The notes beneath the pieces were generated by a model. The model was not told the origin of the DNA and searched no databases. It was given only the letters and a program-made list of their open reading frames with translations. A stretch of 64,000 bases of DNA from Botryllus schlosseri. Lineage: Eukaryota. Shown one piece after another: positions 13,607 through 26,900 of this stretch. A program made the position numbers and the translations under genes. Position 1 is the first letter of the stretch; every line of letters begins with the position of its first letter. Where the stretch lies: assembly GCA_051294905.1 (NCBI GenBank), contig CM119379.1, positions 24,366,001 through 24,430,000 of the forward strand, read 5' to 3'.

Positions 13607-14794
13607 ATGAGTCTTATATCGGGTTGCGAAGATGTTTCGTCCGAAAAATCTTTCTATGAAAACGCGGATAAATACTGGAAAGGAGTTACTCCTACCGTAA
13701 ATGGAATGTTGGGCGGCTACAGTCACATAAATAGCGTAGATATCCAAGAATCAAAGAAATTCCTGTCTCCTTATCTTCTCGGTCCGAATGCGAAAGTTGG
13801 AAGAACACGCGCATTGGACTGTGGTGCAGGCATCGGAAGGATATCGAAACAATTTCTGTTGCACAGTTTTGACACTGTAGATCTGCTGGAGCAGAATAAG
13901 GCGTTCCTGGAAGAAGCAAAGACATTCCTGGGAGTTCAGTCAGCTAAACGCGTCGGAGAGTTCATCTGCTCTGGGATGCAAGATGTAATTTTGAAAGATG
14001 ACCACTATGACGTTATTTGGATTCAGTGGGTTACTGGTGAGTTTATAACAATCAGTGAATCACTAGCTAAGCTACCAATATTATATAAAAATATTGGCTA
14101 TATGTGTTGTTAACTTTTGAAAGTAGATGAGAATTGAATAATATGTGTCTGATTGTGCAAATTGTTTTGCAATTTATAGCAAATATTTATTGTAAAAGTT
14201 TCAGTTCATGTGTATTGCATCACTATCACTAAACCAATCAGCGTTTTCCTTGAACGTAACAGAATTTATGGTGTTTATGATTGGGTTCGGGACATGCTGT
14301 ACCGTATCGTATTATCATTCATTAAAAAAACAATTATAAACGCCATTAATTTTGACGTCTTCATGGGAACCCCTGATTGGTCTTAGTTGGCCATGTGGAT
14401 GCAGATAAAAAAGTCCATTAGACCCAAAATTCCTTTTGTCTATTCTTTCCAATTTCTTGTAACACTTCAGCATGACTGTTTCGTTGAAAAATCTGACTAA
14501 ATGTAATGATATTCCACAGGTCATCTTACGGATGAGCATTTTGCGAACTTTCTCAAGAAATGCCAGAGGTCCCTGAAACGCAACGGTCTGATCATCATCA
14601 AAGAAAATATCTCGTCCGAGTCGGTAGAGTGGGACGAAACCGACAGCAGCGTAACGCGGTCTTACGACGATATTACGGCTATCTTTAAAAAGGCCGACCT
14701 TCGAATTGTTCAAGAAAAACACCAGACCAATTTTCCTGTTGAGATATACAGGGTTTTCATTTTTGCCCTGTGTCCAAACCAACCAGTCAAGTGA
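13607..14794 (+). CDS. NTMT1: Alpha-N-terminal protein methyltransferase 1
   Basis: Exons 13607-14036 and 14520-14794; motifs YWKGVTPTVNGMLGGY, ALDCGAGIGRISK (SAM motif I), YDVIWIQWVTGHLTD, IIIKEN, DETDSSVTRS. Confidence 0.95.
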
Positions 14795-15659
14795 GGATTC
14801 ATGTGCCTTAAAGAATGGATATTCAAACCGTCGGTAGGACTGGCCCGTCATTTTACATCCACTGAGACTAGACCATGATGCATGTGGCTATTTTATTTAT
14901 GTCAACAATATTTTATTCTAGCCATGTCTAATAGTACGTTTAAAGTAACTGTACTAGACCAGTAGTACATTTTGTTTACACGATTTGAGCTCAATAGACA
15001 GTAGTGTATCGTTCATCAGTATGACAATCATTTTTCTTGTGGTATTTCGACCAGTGAATGCATAATTGATAGTGATGACCCAGCATGTGTATTTGCTTAC
15101 GGTACTGGGCCGTGGTTAGTTGGCCAGGACAAAATCGAATACCTGAGTGAGTAGATGCGGAATATAATATTAGGCATGAAGTATCACTCATTATGACAGT
15201 ATGAAAGATGTGGAAATTTCAAATACGCGTCGTTTAGGCTTTGTTTTCAATAGCCTACCAGTTCTAAACCACATTAGAATTGATTTGGTATATAGATATG
15301 TCATTCCCACAAGCATGCATATTGCATAGCTATGTACCACCAATCTAGGTCCATAGTGGAAAATAGTGTCGAAACTAAATTTTCCTCGATTAATTAGGCT
15401 AACTCTTAGCAAGGCATGAAAAGGAGTGTACATTTACAGTACTCGAAATAATCATCTCTTTCGTCGCGATTCCGATCAATAGAATTAGTCCTTAATGTCC
15501 TTATTCAAATTCGAGCATACTCGAATCATTGTTGCTACTTGCTAGTAGGCGTATAATTTTGCATTTGCTATTGAATCAGGATAGTTTGATTTTCCCCAAT
15601 TTCACTATCCTTATCCAGCTATCATGAAAGCATACCCATGTCAACTGATCATTTTATAA

Positions 15660-15916
15660 CAGTGGTTCTCAAACTGAGGGGTGTGAAGATGCAACTGAAA
15701 AATTTTTACCTCCAATTTATCGCCATTGCTCTGTGTATAGTCGAAATTTCATGTTTGAGAATTCTTTCATCATCAGTCATAACCTTGCATGCCATCAAAA
15801 GATATCCGTTGGGATAGCTTGCATTCTGTTTGCATTTTGTGATATGACGATAAGGGGGGCGAGAAATTTTTGACTATCATAAAGGGGGCGCGTCTAAAAA
15901 AAATTGTGAACTACTG
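15660..15916. mobile_element. Buster/Charlie-type hAT MITE
   Basis: Termini cagtggttctcaaa / ttgtgaactactg; perfect TSD ttttataa with central TA. Confidence 0.88.
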
Positions 15917-17197
15917 TTTTATAATATTGCATTTCATTAAAGTATACACCCGTAACCCGGTGATAGTTAATTTTTTGCTGCTGTGCTTGCAAAGCAATTA
16001 GAAGCTTGAGGATCAGTAACGTTCCTATTGCCACACTGATAATAATAATATAGGGTTGCGTGGGCACAACTACCTTCACATCTGGGAATTGGGTGTATAG
16101 GATAGCTGTAAGTGGTGTATGACTGGGTTTCCACATAAAGTAACCTGCCTTATTTTTGATTATTGACCCCCACTGCTGGGTTCTTTCACCTAGATCTGTT
16201 ATTTTTGCGCATAGCCTGGTTGTCTAGGTTTTTCTACTTGGAATCTCTTTTTTTCATTTTTCCGTTTCAGATCAATCATTTGCATTAGATAAGTAAGTTA
16301 ATAACGTCCTCAAATAAAGAGTATTGCTGCATACCATTGTTTTGAAAGATCCTGTCAATGCTAATGTGGTTTTTGTTGTGAGTATTAACTGTTGCGTCAC
16401 ATGAAGTTATATTCAGTAGGTAAGTAATTGAAATCCTTGTCTTCATTGCTCATATTGCTTGCTCTATCTTATCACAGCAACAAGGAACTGTGTATGCATA
16501 GCATGTGGGTAGTGTTGATATTGCTGATTGTACATTGGTATTTCCATCCAGCATGGCTGCATGGAGTATGTTTTGGCAACTAGGCGTGTTATCCATTTAA
16601 AGAGGTTATCAGCACTTACAAGTATACCCTGAAACTCGGGATTTGTGAGTTGGCCTTAAGCATTTTTGTCACATTATTACGAATGTCAGTGGTCTACTGT
16701 TATTCTCATAGCCAATCAATACTACTATCGTTCTGATTCTAAAAAATAAACTTTTGATTGGTTAGTGAACTGGAACCTCCGAAACCGTCCTCAAAGTTAG
16801 AAATTGGTGTTGTTGAAAACTATGGCAGCATGCTGCTGATACTATGTACTAATAATGCCACGTGCCAAATGTTTTGTAACAACATTTTATAGACCATATT
16901 TTTTCATATGGATTGTTTCTGTGTTAATCAAGCGAATGTACTATGACCTATTTATATTGCAAAACCAAGGGCTAAAATTTACTTCCACATCATCAGTATG
17001 ACTATAATTTGAATCTTTCTGTTTCATGTTTCACAGCATCTATAGCAATTTGATTGGTACTCTTTAAATACCAAGCAAGATAACAGCGACTATCGCAGTT
17101 GTCTTGGTCTGGATAGATAAAAATAAAGTGGCCCTGAATCTATGGAGGTGAAATGATCCACAGGAGTTATCGCAACTGAACCTTGACCATTTCACAA

Positions 17198-20100
17198 ATG
17201 CCAAAAAAGCAATCCAAAAAGGTACCAGTCGCTAAGCAGGTATGGGAGTGGACGGAAGAGGTTTCACCTGAAGATATCAACGAAGAAAACATTCTCACTG
17301 CATACCGTTTACGAATCGGGAAATGTAAATCTTGCCGTAAAAATTGTCCCGGCAATCCTGTATGTCTTCGCGGCTTGGGGGAAACGTCCTGGTTGAATGA
17401 GCACAATTATGAAAAGTACCTGGCGGATGAAATTGAGGAGCTGAATCAAAATGTGCGCAAAGATGGCGAATTTGTTGGCTTGAAAAATCTTGGCGCTACT
17501 TGCTACGTTAACACCTTTCTACAACTTTGGTTTCATAACTTGAACTTCAGAAAAGCTGTTTATAGTTTCAATGAAAGATTGACAGACGGCGAGACGTTTC
17601 CCAAGTCCGCGTGTGGACACCTGCAAATGATATTCGGATTGCTTCAAAACAGCAATCGGAAAAACATCGACCCTGCGCCGTTCGTAACATGCCTAGGCCT
17701 TGACACAGACTTACAGCAAGACGCCCAAGAGTTTTCGAAGCTTCTTCTCAATCTTTTGAATCAAAATTCGGAAGTGGGTAAAGTCTTGTGTCAGGAATTC
17801 CGGGGCCAGTACGAATATCGCACCAAATGCAAGTCCTGCGGGACCATTTCCAGACGCCCGTCTGAGTTTTACGAGCTGGATTTGAGCATCCAAGGCAATA
17901 ACGATGTTGAAGGCTGTTTGAAAGAATTTTTGCAAGAAGAATTGCTTGACAAGGATAACCAATATTTATGTCAAACGTGCAATAGTAGGTGTGACGCGAC
18001 CCGTCAAATTGTTATAAACTCTCTTCCGAGAACGTTGAATTTACAACTGTTGCGATTTGTGTTTGACAAAACTACATACACGAAAAGGAAGTCATCACGA
18101 GTCATTTCATTTCCCGACACGCTGGACTTGACCTCCTCGGTGTCATCGGTTGGAAATGCTAGCAGTAACAATCTTCAATACGACTTGACCGCTGTTCTCA
18201 TTCACCGGGGTCCAAGCGCATTTTCCGGTCATTACATCGCACACATTAAAGACTCGAGTACCGGCCTTTGGCGTAAATTCAACGATGAAAATGTGGATAG
18301 GTTGAAAAGTGGTAAAAAATTGAATCTTGAAACTTCGACCGGTGATGATTTTGATATCGATATGCCTAAACCGTCCAAGGTACCAAAAATGAAAAAGAAC
18401 TGTCATTCGTCTAAAGATGCTTACATGCTCGTTTACACGAGGAGAGATTCCCAGCAGCAGGAAGTCGGTTTGAGGGAATCGGTGGCTATGCCTGATCTGG
18501 TTCGGCAGTCGGTGGAAAAAGATAACACGGATTTCGGTATTACCATGGAATCGATGATTTCTGATGTTCGCTCAGAGATGGAACGGAAGACTGAAAGACG
18601 ACGCAGCATTAGACGCAACCTGAAATCGATGTACGAGATGGAGACATCTGACTTATTGGCAAGTTGTCAGTGGGTCCCAACATCGTGGTTTAAACACGCA
18701 TTGAGCAATGTCGATGTGAAAGTGAATGAGATTCTGTTAGAAAAATTCATGTGTCGTCACAAAAAACTTGACCCTCTGAATGTTGCCGGATTGAAGTGTA
18801 TATCGCACGAGGTTGCATGCGCGTTGTCATATGGTAAGACTATGGATCCTCAAAATGAAAGTATGCTTTGCCGGGATTGTGTGAATCACCAGTGCGGTGT
18901 TCTTCGTAGGAAATCGTCGATTGCTCGGGATTCGGAAGCTGTCGCAAAAATTGTGAAAGAAGCAGGTGATGTTGGCGCCGGATTTTACGTTGGAAGGTAC
19001 TCTTTGAGACAGTGGAAATCTATCGTTACGAAGAAATTAGATTCGAATGCATTGAAAAAGGATACAGGAGACTCGGGTAAAGAGTCTGATGATGAGGCTT
19101 TGGAGTTCAACAAGGATTTGCTCTGTAGTCACGGTAACTTCAACCGCAATCCGAAACATCATTGTGTCATACCACCTCAGGCGTGGCATATTCTACGAAA
19201 ACACTTCCCTGATGCAGTTGAGTACCCTACTGACCAAGAGATATCTCCTTGTTTGATTTGTGAAAGTAATTTACAAGATGCTGAGGTGGAAGCGGAACTG
19301 AAGAAATCGGTCGTCGCTGATCAAAAATCAAATCTGAATGATTTGTTCCTTGACCGAAACAGACCACTCTACAGAGATTTTATTCAGCCTAGCATCAAGT
19401 ACGATGGATCTCCCGCATTCTATGTGGTCACGGCTAGTTTTGTTCAGCAGTGGAGAAGTTTCGTTCGCAACCCTTCGAAGAACGATGTAATTTCTACCAT
19501 CAACAACGCTGGTTTGATATGTCCTCATGGTAAGCTGATGTGTGATCCAGTTTCTTCACTGAATGATGTTGATGATACTACTGAGAAAGACACTGTAATT
19601 TTGTGGCCGTCCGAGTGGTATTATATTTCGAAGAACTTTTTCGTTGACGTCGCTGTATCCATTTCGAAGTCATTGTCACAGAAAGATGATCTGCGGGTTA
19701 ATCTAAAGAATGGAGTAAATGCGTCTATGCAAACAGCTGTGCCATCGGTACCTGATTGTGATATATCTTGTGCGGACTCCGCTTTAACGAATGGTGTGAA
19801 TCACGACTCGGTTACTGCTAATATCACATCGGATACGCAATGCATGGTGGATTTGGAATACAAGCCTGATATTTGTAAAGAATGCATGGCGGGAAGAGAG
19901 CTGGAGAGAGATTTGAGCGCGAGAGTGTTCACCGATAAAACCATATATATCAAACGAGTGTTGCCTGATGACAAATCCCAGTGGATTCAGCAGAACTGTT
20001 TTTCCAAGGACGACGGTAATTTGAGAAAACGGAAGCGTGCCGTAGCTAGAGGAGAGAAATCTGTGATCGCTTCCTCCAGCTGGACATTGAAACAACTCAA

Positions 20101-20338
20101 AATCAAGATAATGCAACTGTATTCAATACCTCCGTTTGACCAGAATTTGTGGAGTCATGGTAATAAACTTGTTGACGATCAATCTACGTTACAGGAGTTG
20201 GCAATTATGCCGGAAAGTACGGTTGTAGTAATTGCGGACGAGCCGGATGAAAAATCTCTGGAACTCCTACCTGTTGTGGCGGAAAAATCTGAAGTGATGG
20301 AAGAAGGTTTCAAAGGCACAAGCCTAATTGGAAAATGA
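17198..20338 (+). CDS. USP48: Ubiquitin carboxyl-terminal hydrolase 48, single exon
   Basis: Uninterrupted ORF from first ATG (MPKKQ...). N-terminal WEWTEEVSPEDINEENILTAYR and CRKNCPGNPVCLRGLGE as in USP48; Cys box GLKNLGATCYVNTFLQ, QQDAQEF, His box HRGPSAFSGHYIAHI and FND; DUSP-like repeats; C-terminal UBL (TLKQLKIKIMQLYSIPPFDQNL). Confidence 0.97.
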   Translation: MPKKQSKKVPVAKQVWEWTEEVSPEDINEENILTAYRLRIGKCKSCRKNCPGNPVCLRGLGETSWLNEHNYEKYLADEIEELNQNVRKDGEFVGLKNLGATCYVNTFLQLWFHNLNFRKAVYSFNERLTDGETFPKSACGHLQMIFGLLQNSNRKNIDPAPFVTCLGLDTDLQQDAQEFSKLLLNLLNQNSEVGKVLCQEFRGQYEYRTKCKSCGTISRRPSEFYELDLSIQGNNDVEGCLKEFLQEELLDKDNQYLCQTCNSRCDATRQIVINSLPRTLNLQLLRFVFDKTTYTKRKSSRVISFPDTLDLTSSVSSVGNASSNNLQYDLTAVLIHRGPSAFSGHYIAHIKDSSTGLWRKFNDENVDRLKSGKKLNLETSTGDDFDIDMPKPSKVPKMKKNCHSSKDAYMLVYTRRDSQQQEVGLRESVAMPDLVRQSVEKDNTDFGITMESMISDVRSEMERKTERRRSIRRNLKSMYEMETSDLLASCQWVPTSWFKHALSNVDVKVNEILLEKFMCRHKKLDPLNVAGLKCISHEVACALSYGKTMDPQNESMLCRDCVNHQCGVLRRKSSIARDSEAVAKIVKEAGDVGAGFYVGRYSLRQWKSIVTKKLDSNALKKDTGDSGKESDDEALEFNKDLLCSHGNFNRNPKHHCVIPPQAWHILRKHFPDAVEYPTDQEISPCLICESNLQDAEVEAELKKSVVADQKSNLNDLFLDRNRPLYRDFIQPSIKYDGSPAFYVVTASFVQQWRSFVRNPSKNDVISTINNAGLICPHGKLMCDPVSSLNDVDDTTEKDTVILWPSEWYYISKNFFVDVAVSISKSLSQKDDLRVNLKNGVNASMQTAVPSVPDCDISCADSALTNGVNHDSVTANITSDTQCMVDLEYKPDICKECMAGRELERDLSARVFTDKTIYIKRVLPDDKSQWIQQNCFSKDDGNLRKRKRAVARGEKSVIASSSWTLKQLKIKIMQLYSIPPFDQNLWSHGNKLVDDQSTLQELAIMPESTVVVIADEPDEKSLELLPVVAEKSEVMEEGFKGTSLIGK

Positions 20339-20995
20339 TTGGCTGTTATTGTGGCTACATTTTCTAGTGAATGCAAGTTGGTTTGGAGAGAAGTAATTGT
20401 GCTATCACGACTTCGTTCTGTTATTTATGTTCCCAAGAAACCCAATCAGTTGAAATGCCTCTGTATGTAACCTACAAAAACATACCACACATGAATGTGT
20501 CAGTTATGATTTTGCAATGTGTATCGCTTGTGCAGAGGGTCTGTGGTTCAACAAAGAATATCAAGTACTCTGAGGTTTCGGTGTGTTTTTCCATGCGGAG
20601 TACTCTTCCTATTACGCACAACTCATTTTTGTTGCTATGAAGCTGGCATTATAGATCTTTTGAAATGATATTCCGCCATTGTCGTTTTAATAGCCCCTGT
20701 TCACTGTAATAGTTAGCAATTATTATTTTGGGTTTATTTTTGGTCACTGCAGTCTTTGGAACCCTTTATTAGATTACTTCCAGCAGTTGTCTTGCCTGCG
20801 GAATATAGACTCACCTGTCACGGTTTCGGGCCCTAGATGGAAAATCTGTACCTGTCCTACGTGTTGCTACACAATTTCGTTTTCGTAATAAAGAATATGT
20901 ATTAGTTGAAGAGTTTTATGTAGGATATATTCTATAATTAGAAGAGTTGTATATAGGATCATACATATCATTACTTTCTTGCTATTTGACTACGC

Positions 20996-23900
20996 TCATT
21001 GCACTGAACCCCGTTTTGAGGATGAATTCAAGAGACTGCAGAAGTAATATGTGGTGACCGCGCAGAACAGTGTTGCAACGGTGGTCTCGGGCGCCAAGCC
21101 CCATTTGAATGCGCAGAACAGCGCCGAAACTACTAGCAAAGCCTTCGTGAGCAGTTCAAGGCGGTGCAGTCGCTTCAGCTGTTTGGTTGCGTGGGCGGTG
21201 TCTTCAGATTTCTCTTTCAAAATATACTTCTTGACGCCGGCGTGGTATTCTGTCATGTATTCCTTCCAATCTAAGTCAGAGAAGTCGATGTAAAATACCT
21301 GAGAATAAATAGCATGAAATTGCGAAAGTCCCGTGCAACTGTTCCGTTCGCGGAATGCATTCTCGAAGCACCATGCCCTTTCTCACCGTGCGATCATCTG
21401 GTGACATCGTTTCGACTAATGCTTTGACGTTGTTATTACTCCATTTCCACGATCTTGTAGTGAAATATGCGAGACTGTCGCACATTGAGCGAATTCTTGC
21501 GTACAGGGAAACAAATCTGGAGTACGAAAAGATCTGATTTATCTGTGCGTAATGCGTAGAATTGCATTTAAAACAAACGGTGTTTTAAAACACTTTGTTT
21601 AAACATGTCTTAATCAAAGGCCTTGAAAATATTGTGTTTTTTAAGTTGTAAAATTATACCATAATGGTGTAAATACGCTCCCCCTATCGCCCCCTTCGTC
21701 ATTTTCGCCCCCCCCCCCTGGACCGCCAAATCGATAAAAAGCATAAAAATTGTTTCTCGGTAGGTGGATATTGATTTCAGCTATATTGTCATATATCAAT
21801 CAGCAACAAAAAACTTAATTTAATCTGCCCGTTTCCCAAATAATGTAATATTAGCTTATTCCAGGGATATCTAGAGTTTCTAGATATCCCTGGCTTATTC
21901 CTATTTTCTTGAAATACCTTCTCTTTCTCCGCGCTAGCACCAACAACGCGTCTGCAAAGTACGCCGGCAGCCAGTGGCACACCCTCCATTCCAAGTCATA
22001 CTTCAAACGACTCGGAGAGATCGTGGAATCGTACGCGGGCAACCTCACCGGATTCTCCAACGGCACCAGCCTCGCGCTTTGCGTTACGCAGTCCGATAGG
22101 TCTCCCCAAGTGAAGGGGTTATCCTCGGTGTTGGTGCAATTATAGATTGTTACGTTTTGGCTTTCCTCGCACTGTGCGGTCGCTGATTTCCAGCCAGCGG
22201 CTATCATCAAGTTGATGGCCACGTCCACGGGGACGAAATTTGCGATCGCGTCGCGTTTTCCTAGCATGGTTCTTAGCAAACCTTTGCCGAATGACATGAT
22301 CAGTCCCACCGGTCCGTTGATACTATCACACCAACCTGCATAGTACGTAGCATAAGGTACTAAAGCGCGTATTAGTGGGAATAGCCTCATATCTATTAGG
22401 CTGCGCAAAATCGAGTACCTGAGTGATTCACCGATTCTGTATTCTGAATCGAGTGTTCGAGTACGGCATTATATAACGTCATACTGATGATGTGATGAGA
22501 AAAAGTCAAATGTACCTTTTATGCGACCGCAAAGAAATGAATGCCAGCTTCACAGTACCTTTAAAGATAATTTGGCATTTTTTCAACCATGAAGTCTCGT
22601 GATTTTCAACCGCGGCTCCAAGGTAGCCTTCTTGCGGCTCTGATTGACCTCAAAATATGCCAAAAAAATACAATAGCCGACAGTTGTTGTTTCTATGATT
22701 AGTTATAATCAATTTCTGTATATGAATGCTAAAATGAAGGATATTAGTTATGTCTAATGCCGACCAAGGCCACTTCTGAAAGCCTGGAAAGAGAATTCTT
22801 GCAGTTAAAGTGTCAAACACGCATGGATGAATACCAGTCACACAAGCGATATATCTTGAGTTATGACACAATTTTACTAACATCAAAATAACGGCTCATA
22901 GTGAAGTATAAATTGCAATAAGGCCCGTATTCAGAGACTTGACTCGAGTCAAAACTTGTGACTTTGTGACTCGGAGCCTTGTGACTTGGTTACAACCCTG
23001 AATTATAGTAGACGAAAAAATCCCACTGCATGCTCTACTCGAATCATTAGAATAAATATTCGATTCGAATTCGAGCAGTCGAATCATCGTGCGCAGCCCT
23101 ACTCGTATATACCCGGGATTGGTTCTTTTTGTGCTGACGTCACAATCGACGGTCTTACGACGACAGTTCGTTTCTTGCAAGTTTTTTCGATGAGGTTCTC
23201 AGCGAGAGCTTTCGTGTAAGTGTACGAGTTCGGATGTTCGCATATCAAGTCGCCAGCGACTTTATCCATCATGTCCCGACTCATCCAGCTGTGGAATACG
23301 GAAAACCGCGCTTGTCAATATAACGGGGGATATCAATCGAAGTGGTCGAGAGCTGGGACGATTTTAGATTGTCTTCTTATATACATTACCGTTTTTAGGG
23401 TTGCTTTTAAAACTAACGGTGTAATAAACCACTTTGTTGTTTAAAACATGCTTTAAACAGTATTTTAAACAAAGGCCGTTTTGAAAAAACAAAATTGGGT
23501 TATTTGAAGTCGTAAAATTATGCCATAATTGTGTACATACTTTCCAAAAAACATGTTGTATGGGCCTACGGGGCGTACGGGCTACGGACAATTATAGGCT
23601 ATCACCCGATATAGCTGATGTATATCGACATGGAAAGGTTTGGAACCCTCAAAATAGTCGGTTCAACATTAATAGTACAGATACTTCGTCAAAGGAGCTA
23701 TATTTACCCTATATTCTCAACTGTTTGTTCGCAACGTTCTGACTTCTACAGAACTGTAGAACTTCTCTGTTCATGTCCGTTATGACTTTGGTTTCGTGAT
23801 ATATACAAGAGTCAATTCGACCGGTTGCTATGACAGTTTTACTCGTGAAAGTAATAAAATATATTTATACAATGTCTTCTTAACGAGCCTAATTAACTAG

Positions 23901-26900
23901 CGCTAGGCTATATAGAGGCTTGTAGTGTACTTACTTAGCGCAACCTAGCAAGTCACTCGGACAGACGTTAGTTGGGTAAACAATCTCATCGATATTCCGC
24001 TTATAGCAGTGAGCATATGCAGTCGATAAATATATCATGACCTGGTCAGAAAAAATACCCTTGTCAGAAAAAATACGGGAAACGATACAAATATTTCTTA
24101 CCTCTAATTTTTTCATTTTCTCGATTAGATTTATGATACCTTGTACACTCTTGACGTTGGAGTCCACGGCGTCACTGTGAAGAGCAAACGCGGAAATTCA
24201 TGCCTACCGCAGATATTATATGACATAACTGACAGTAATGGCTCCTGGAACTTGACCGACGCCGCGCAATGAAACACGACCGCGACATCATCAACCAAAT
24301 TCTGTAAGTCCCTGTCACAAATTCCAAAATCTGCACGCGACGTGTCGCCTTCGATCGCGACGACCTTGCCTTTGAAATCCGGCTTAGCAGTCGCCAATTT
24401 CTCGAACAGCTAAAGATTCGGAAATGAACGGCACATATACAGTATACACGTTCTGCAATTGAATCTGCCTTGCTGTAAGTTAGGGTTCTTCAACCGGGTG
24501 CATCGAACCTACGCCTTAGGGTGTATCATAACTTTTAAGGAGTGTACCACTCGACTGGGGTGTACGGGTTTATCAGATCAGCACAACAATGGACCGATGA
24601 CTAGCTATCACAATAAATAAGCAACTTTGTGCTTCGGAACAGGCTGACCGGAATTGCAATATCGTACAATGTTCAATTGTACATATAAACTGTACGCTAG
24701 AGTTGTTCAAAAATAACTCTTTTCCCCAGATTCCAGTAGCCATTCACTGATTAAATAGACAGTTTACCCTAAAAACCGCTGCACACCAAAATTGGTTCAA
24801 TTCTAACAAGTATAAGCCGCCGCAGAGCCAATTGAAAATTTCAATATATTAGGAAAAATTTTTAAAAAAAGTTTCAAATTTTTCTGTCAACCCCATGAAA
24901 TTGTTGGATTGTCTTCCAAAACGATGCAAAGCATATTTGACTCAATTCTAACTAGTAGAAGCGGAGTTACTAGACTTTTTCGTTGAGAATTAACGGATTA
25001 TCCACCAATCAATCATAATCCGAGAATCATCAACGAAAAACTCAAATAAGCGGGGACGTTCTGCGTCTACAATTAGAAAGCTTTATACGCAAGGTATATC
25101 TCAAGAAATCAATGATGGCATAGAACACCTCACGAGCTCTCCGCGATGCTGAGTTCCCGGTAGCCAATTTAACATGCAGACTATTTCCCATCCAGACGGG
25201 CTATGACGACTCTTCCGCTGCAATGCCGCCATCATCGAAATACGGCCGTGTCTAGCAACAACGTTCCCTTAATTAGGCCTACTATTGAATTGGTGTGTTA
25301 TGTGGTGCTCAGGACGTAAGAGTTTTGAGTAAACGTTAAACGAGTGTACCCTGTGCCACGGCGTAAAAGGTTGAAGGCACTAAGTTTTACTGTATGTTCG
25401 GTAAGGGCGAACTACGGGCACGTGTGCGGAGGCGAGTTATTATTGACAGGCTCGCAGAAATTTTGGCAATATAATTATAGGCTGCGCAAAATCAAGTATA
25501 AGTGATTCGATTCTGAATTGAGTACTACGCTTCAAGTTGATTCGGGTAGTCGAGTATCCCTCATTTTGGCGCCTTAACAGTTTGAAATATATGGAAAGTT
25601 AAAACATGTAGCCGTAGCCTACATTTACGGTTTATTAAGCGGCCACAAAGAATTGAATGACAGTTACCTTGCGGTAAACATTGAACATAATTTGGTATTC
25701 TTTCGACTAACGGGCCTGCTTTGTGACAATGCTGTGGGAGTGTGGGTTGATCCAGTGGCGTAGCAGCTACTTGTCAGTTATGGCTCTGCCCCAGGGGCAG
25801 CAAAATGATATTGACAGATTTAAGAGGCTAGTGCAAAGCAGTGCAGCCACGTCTGATCGTAATGCAACAGCGTTTGATGTTCTACAGTGGTTACCTAAAA
25901 CACGCACCTAATTGATTCGAAACTTATCTTACCATATTGGTGTTTCAATTGCGTGCTATGAGAGGATGTTTCTCAACGCTCAAAATGATAAAGTCGCATT
26001 TACTAGGGATGGTGTGAACCTCTGAAAGGTTCAGGTTCGTGTGAACGCGAACCTTTTTGAAAGGTTCTGTGTGAACGCGAACGTGAACCTCATGACGTCA
26101 CGTGACGCCATATTGCTAATTTCAGAGAGAGAGCCTTTATTTTCATCGAACCAAAATACATAACAAACGACAGTGATGGTGCGTGCACAGCATTCGGTAT
26201 TAGATAGGAATGATCGATAAGACCGTGAAGGTCAACCCCACATTTCAGTGAAGTGATGGCCTATATCAATGTACAGTACACGATATCCAGGGACGACTCG
26301 GGCCACATAATGCCACAATCCTGAACTACATATTGACGTCTTAAACGTCGTCGAATGTATCAACTGGGGCAATTAAATGATATAATAATCCCATAAAATC
26401 ACTATCTTCAACAATTTCGACGAGAACTTGCAAGGGAATATAAGCTTACACCTTAACGGTCCAGGCAAGACCGGACAATGTATTCGGCGTCTGAGTATTG
26501 CTACGTTGATATTGAGCAGAGTGTAAAACGTGTTTCTATACTCACTACCGATATTACCCCATTAACAAGTTTTACAGCAGTAGACAAAGCCAACACCGCA
26601 AACGCACGGATTTGGTTTTTATGATACAATAAATATATGAAGTCAAGATTCACCCCGTACGCCTGCTAGATTTTTTACATCAGACAGCGATATCAATTTC
26701 ATTGATGGATTGAATAAGCACCATTCGCTGACTGCATGTTGTGTAGGCTACTTCGCTCTTGATGTTGTGTTAATGCGGGTCCATCTCACAGCACAGAGTC
26801 ACTATATTCACAAGCGGAAAGCTGGATATTTCGAGCAAACTTTTGTAACAAAAAGCAAGTAAAATTTTTGAGATTGTCAAGATGCGTTCGGTATTGATTT

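Noticed and set aside
14315-14851. 178-aa minus-strand ORF, and similar antisense ORFs over USP48, WDR44, FAR and NDUFAB1
   Set aside because: They are shadows of real exons on the opposite strand with no recognisable domains.
14795-17197. NTMT1-USP48 as an operon
   Set aside because: The 2.4-kb gap containing a MITE is far longer than expected for tunicate-type operons, and no abutting poly(A)/acceptor junction was seen.
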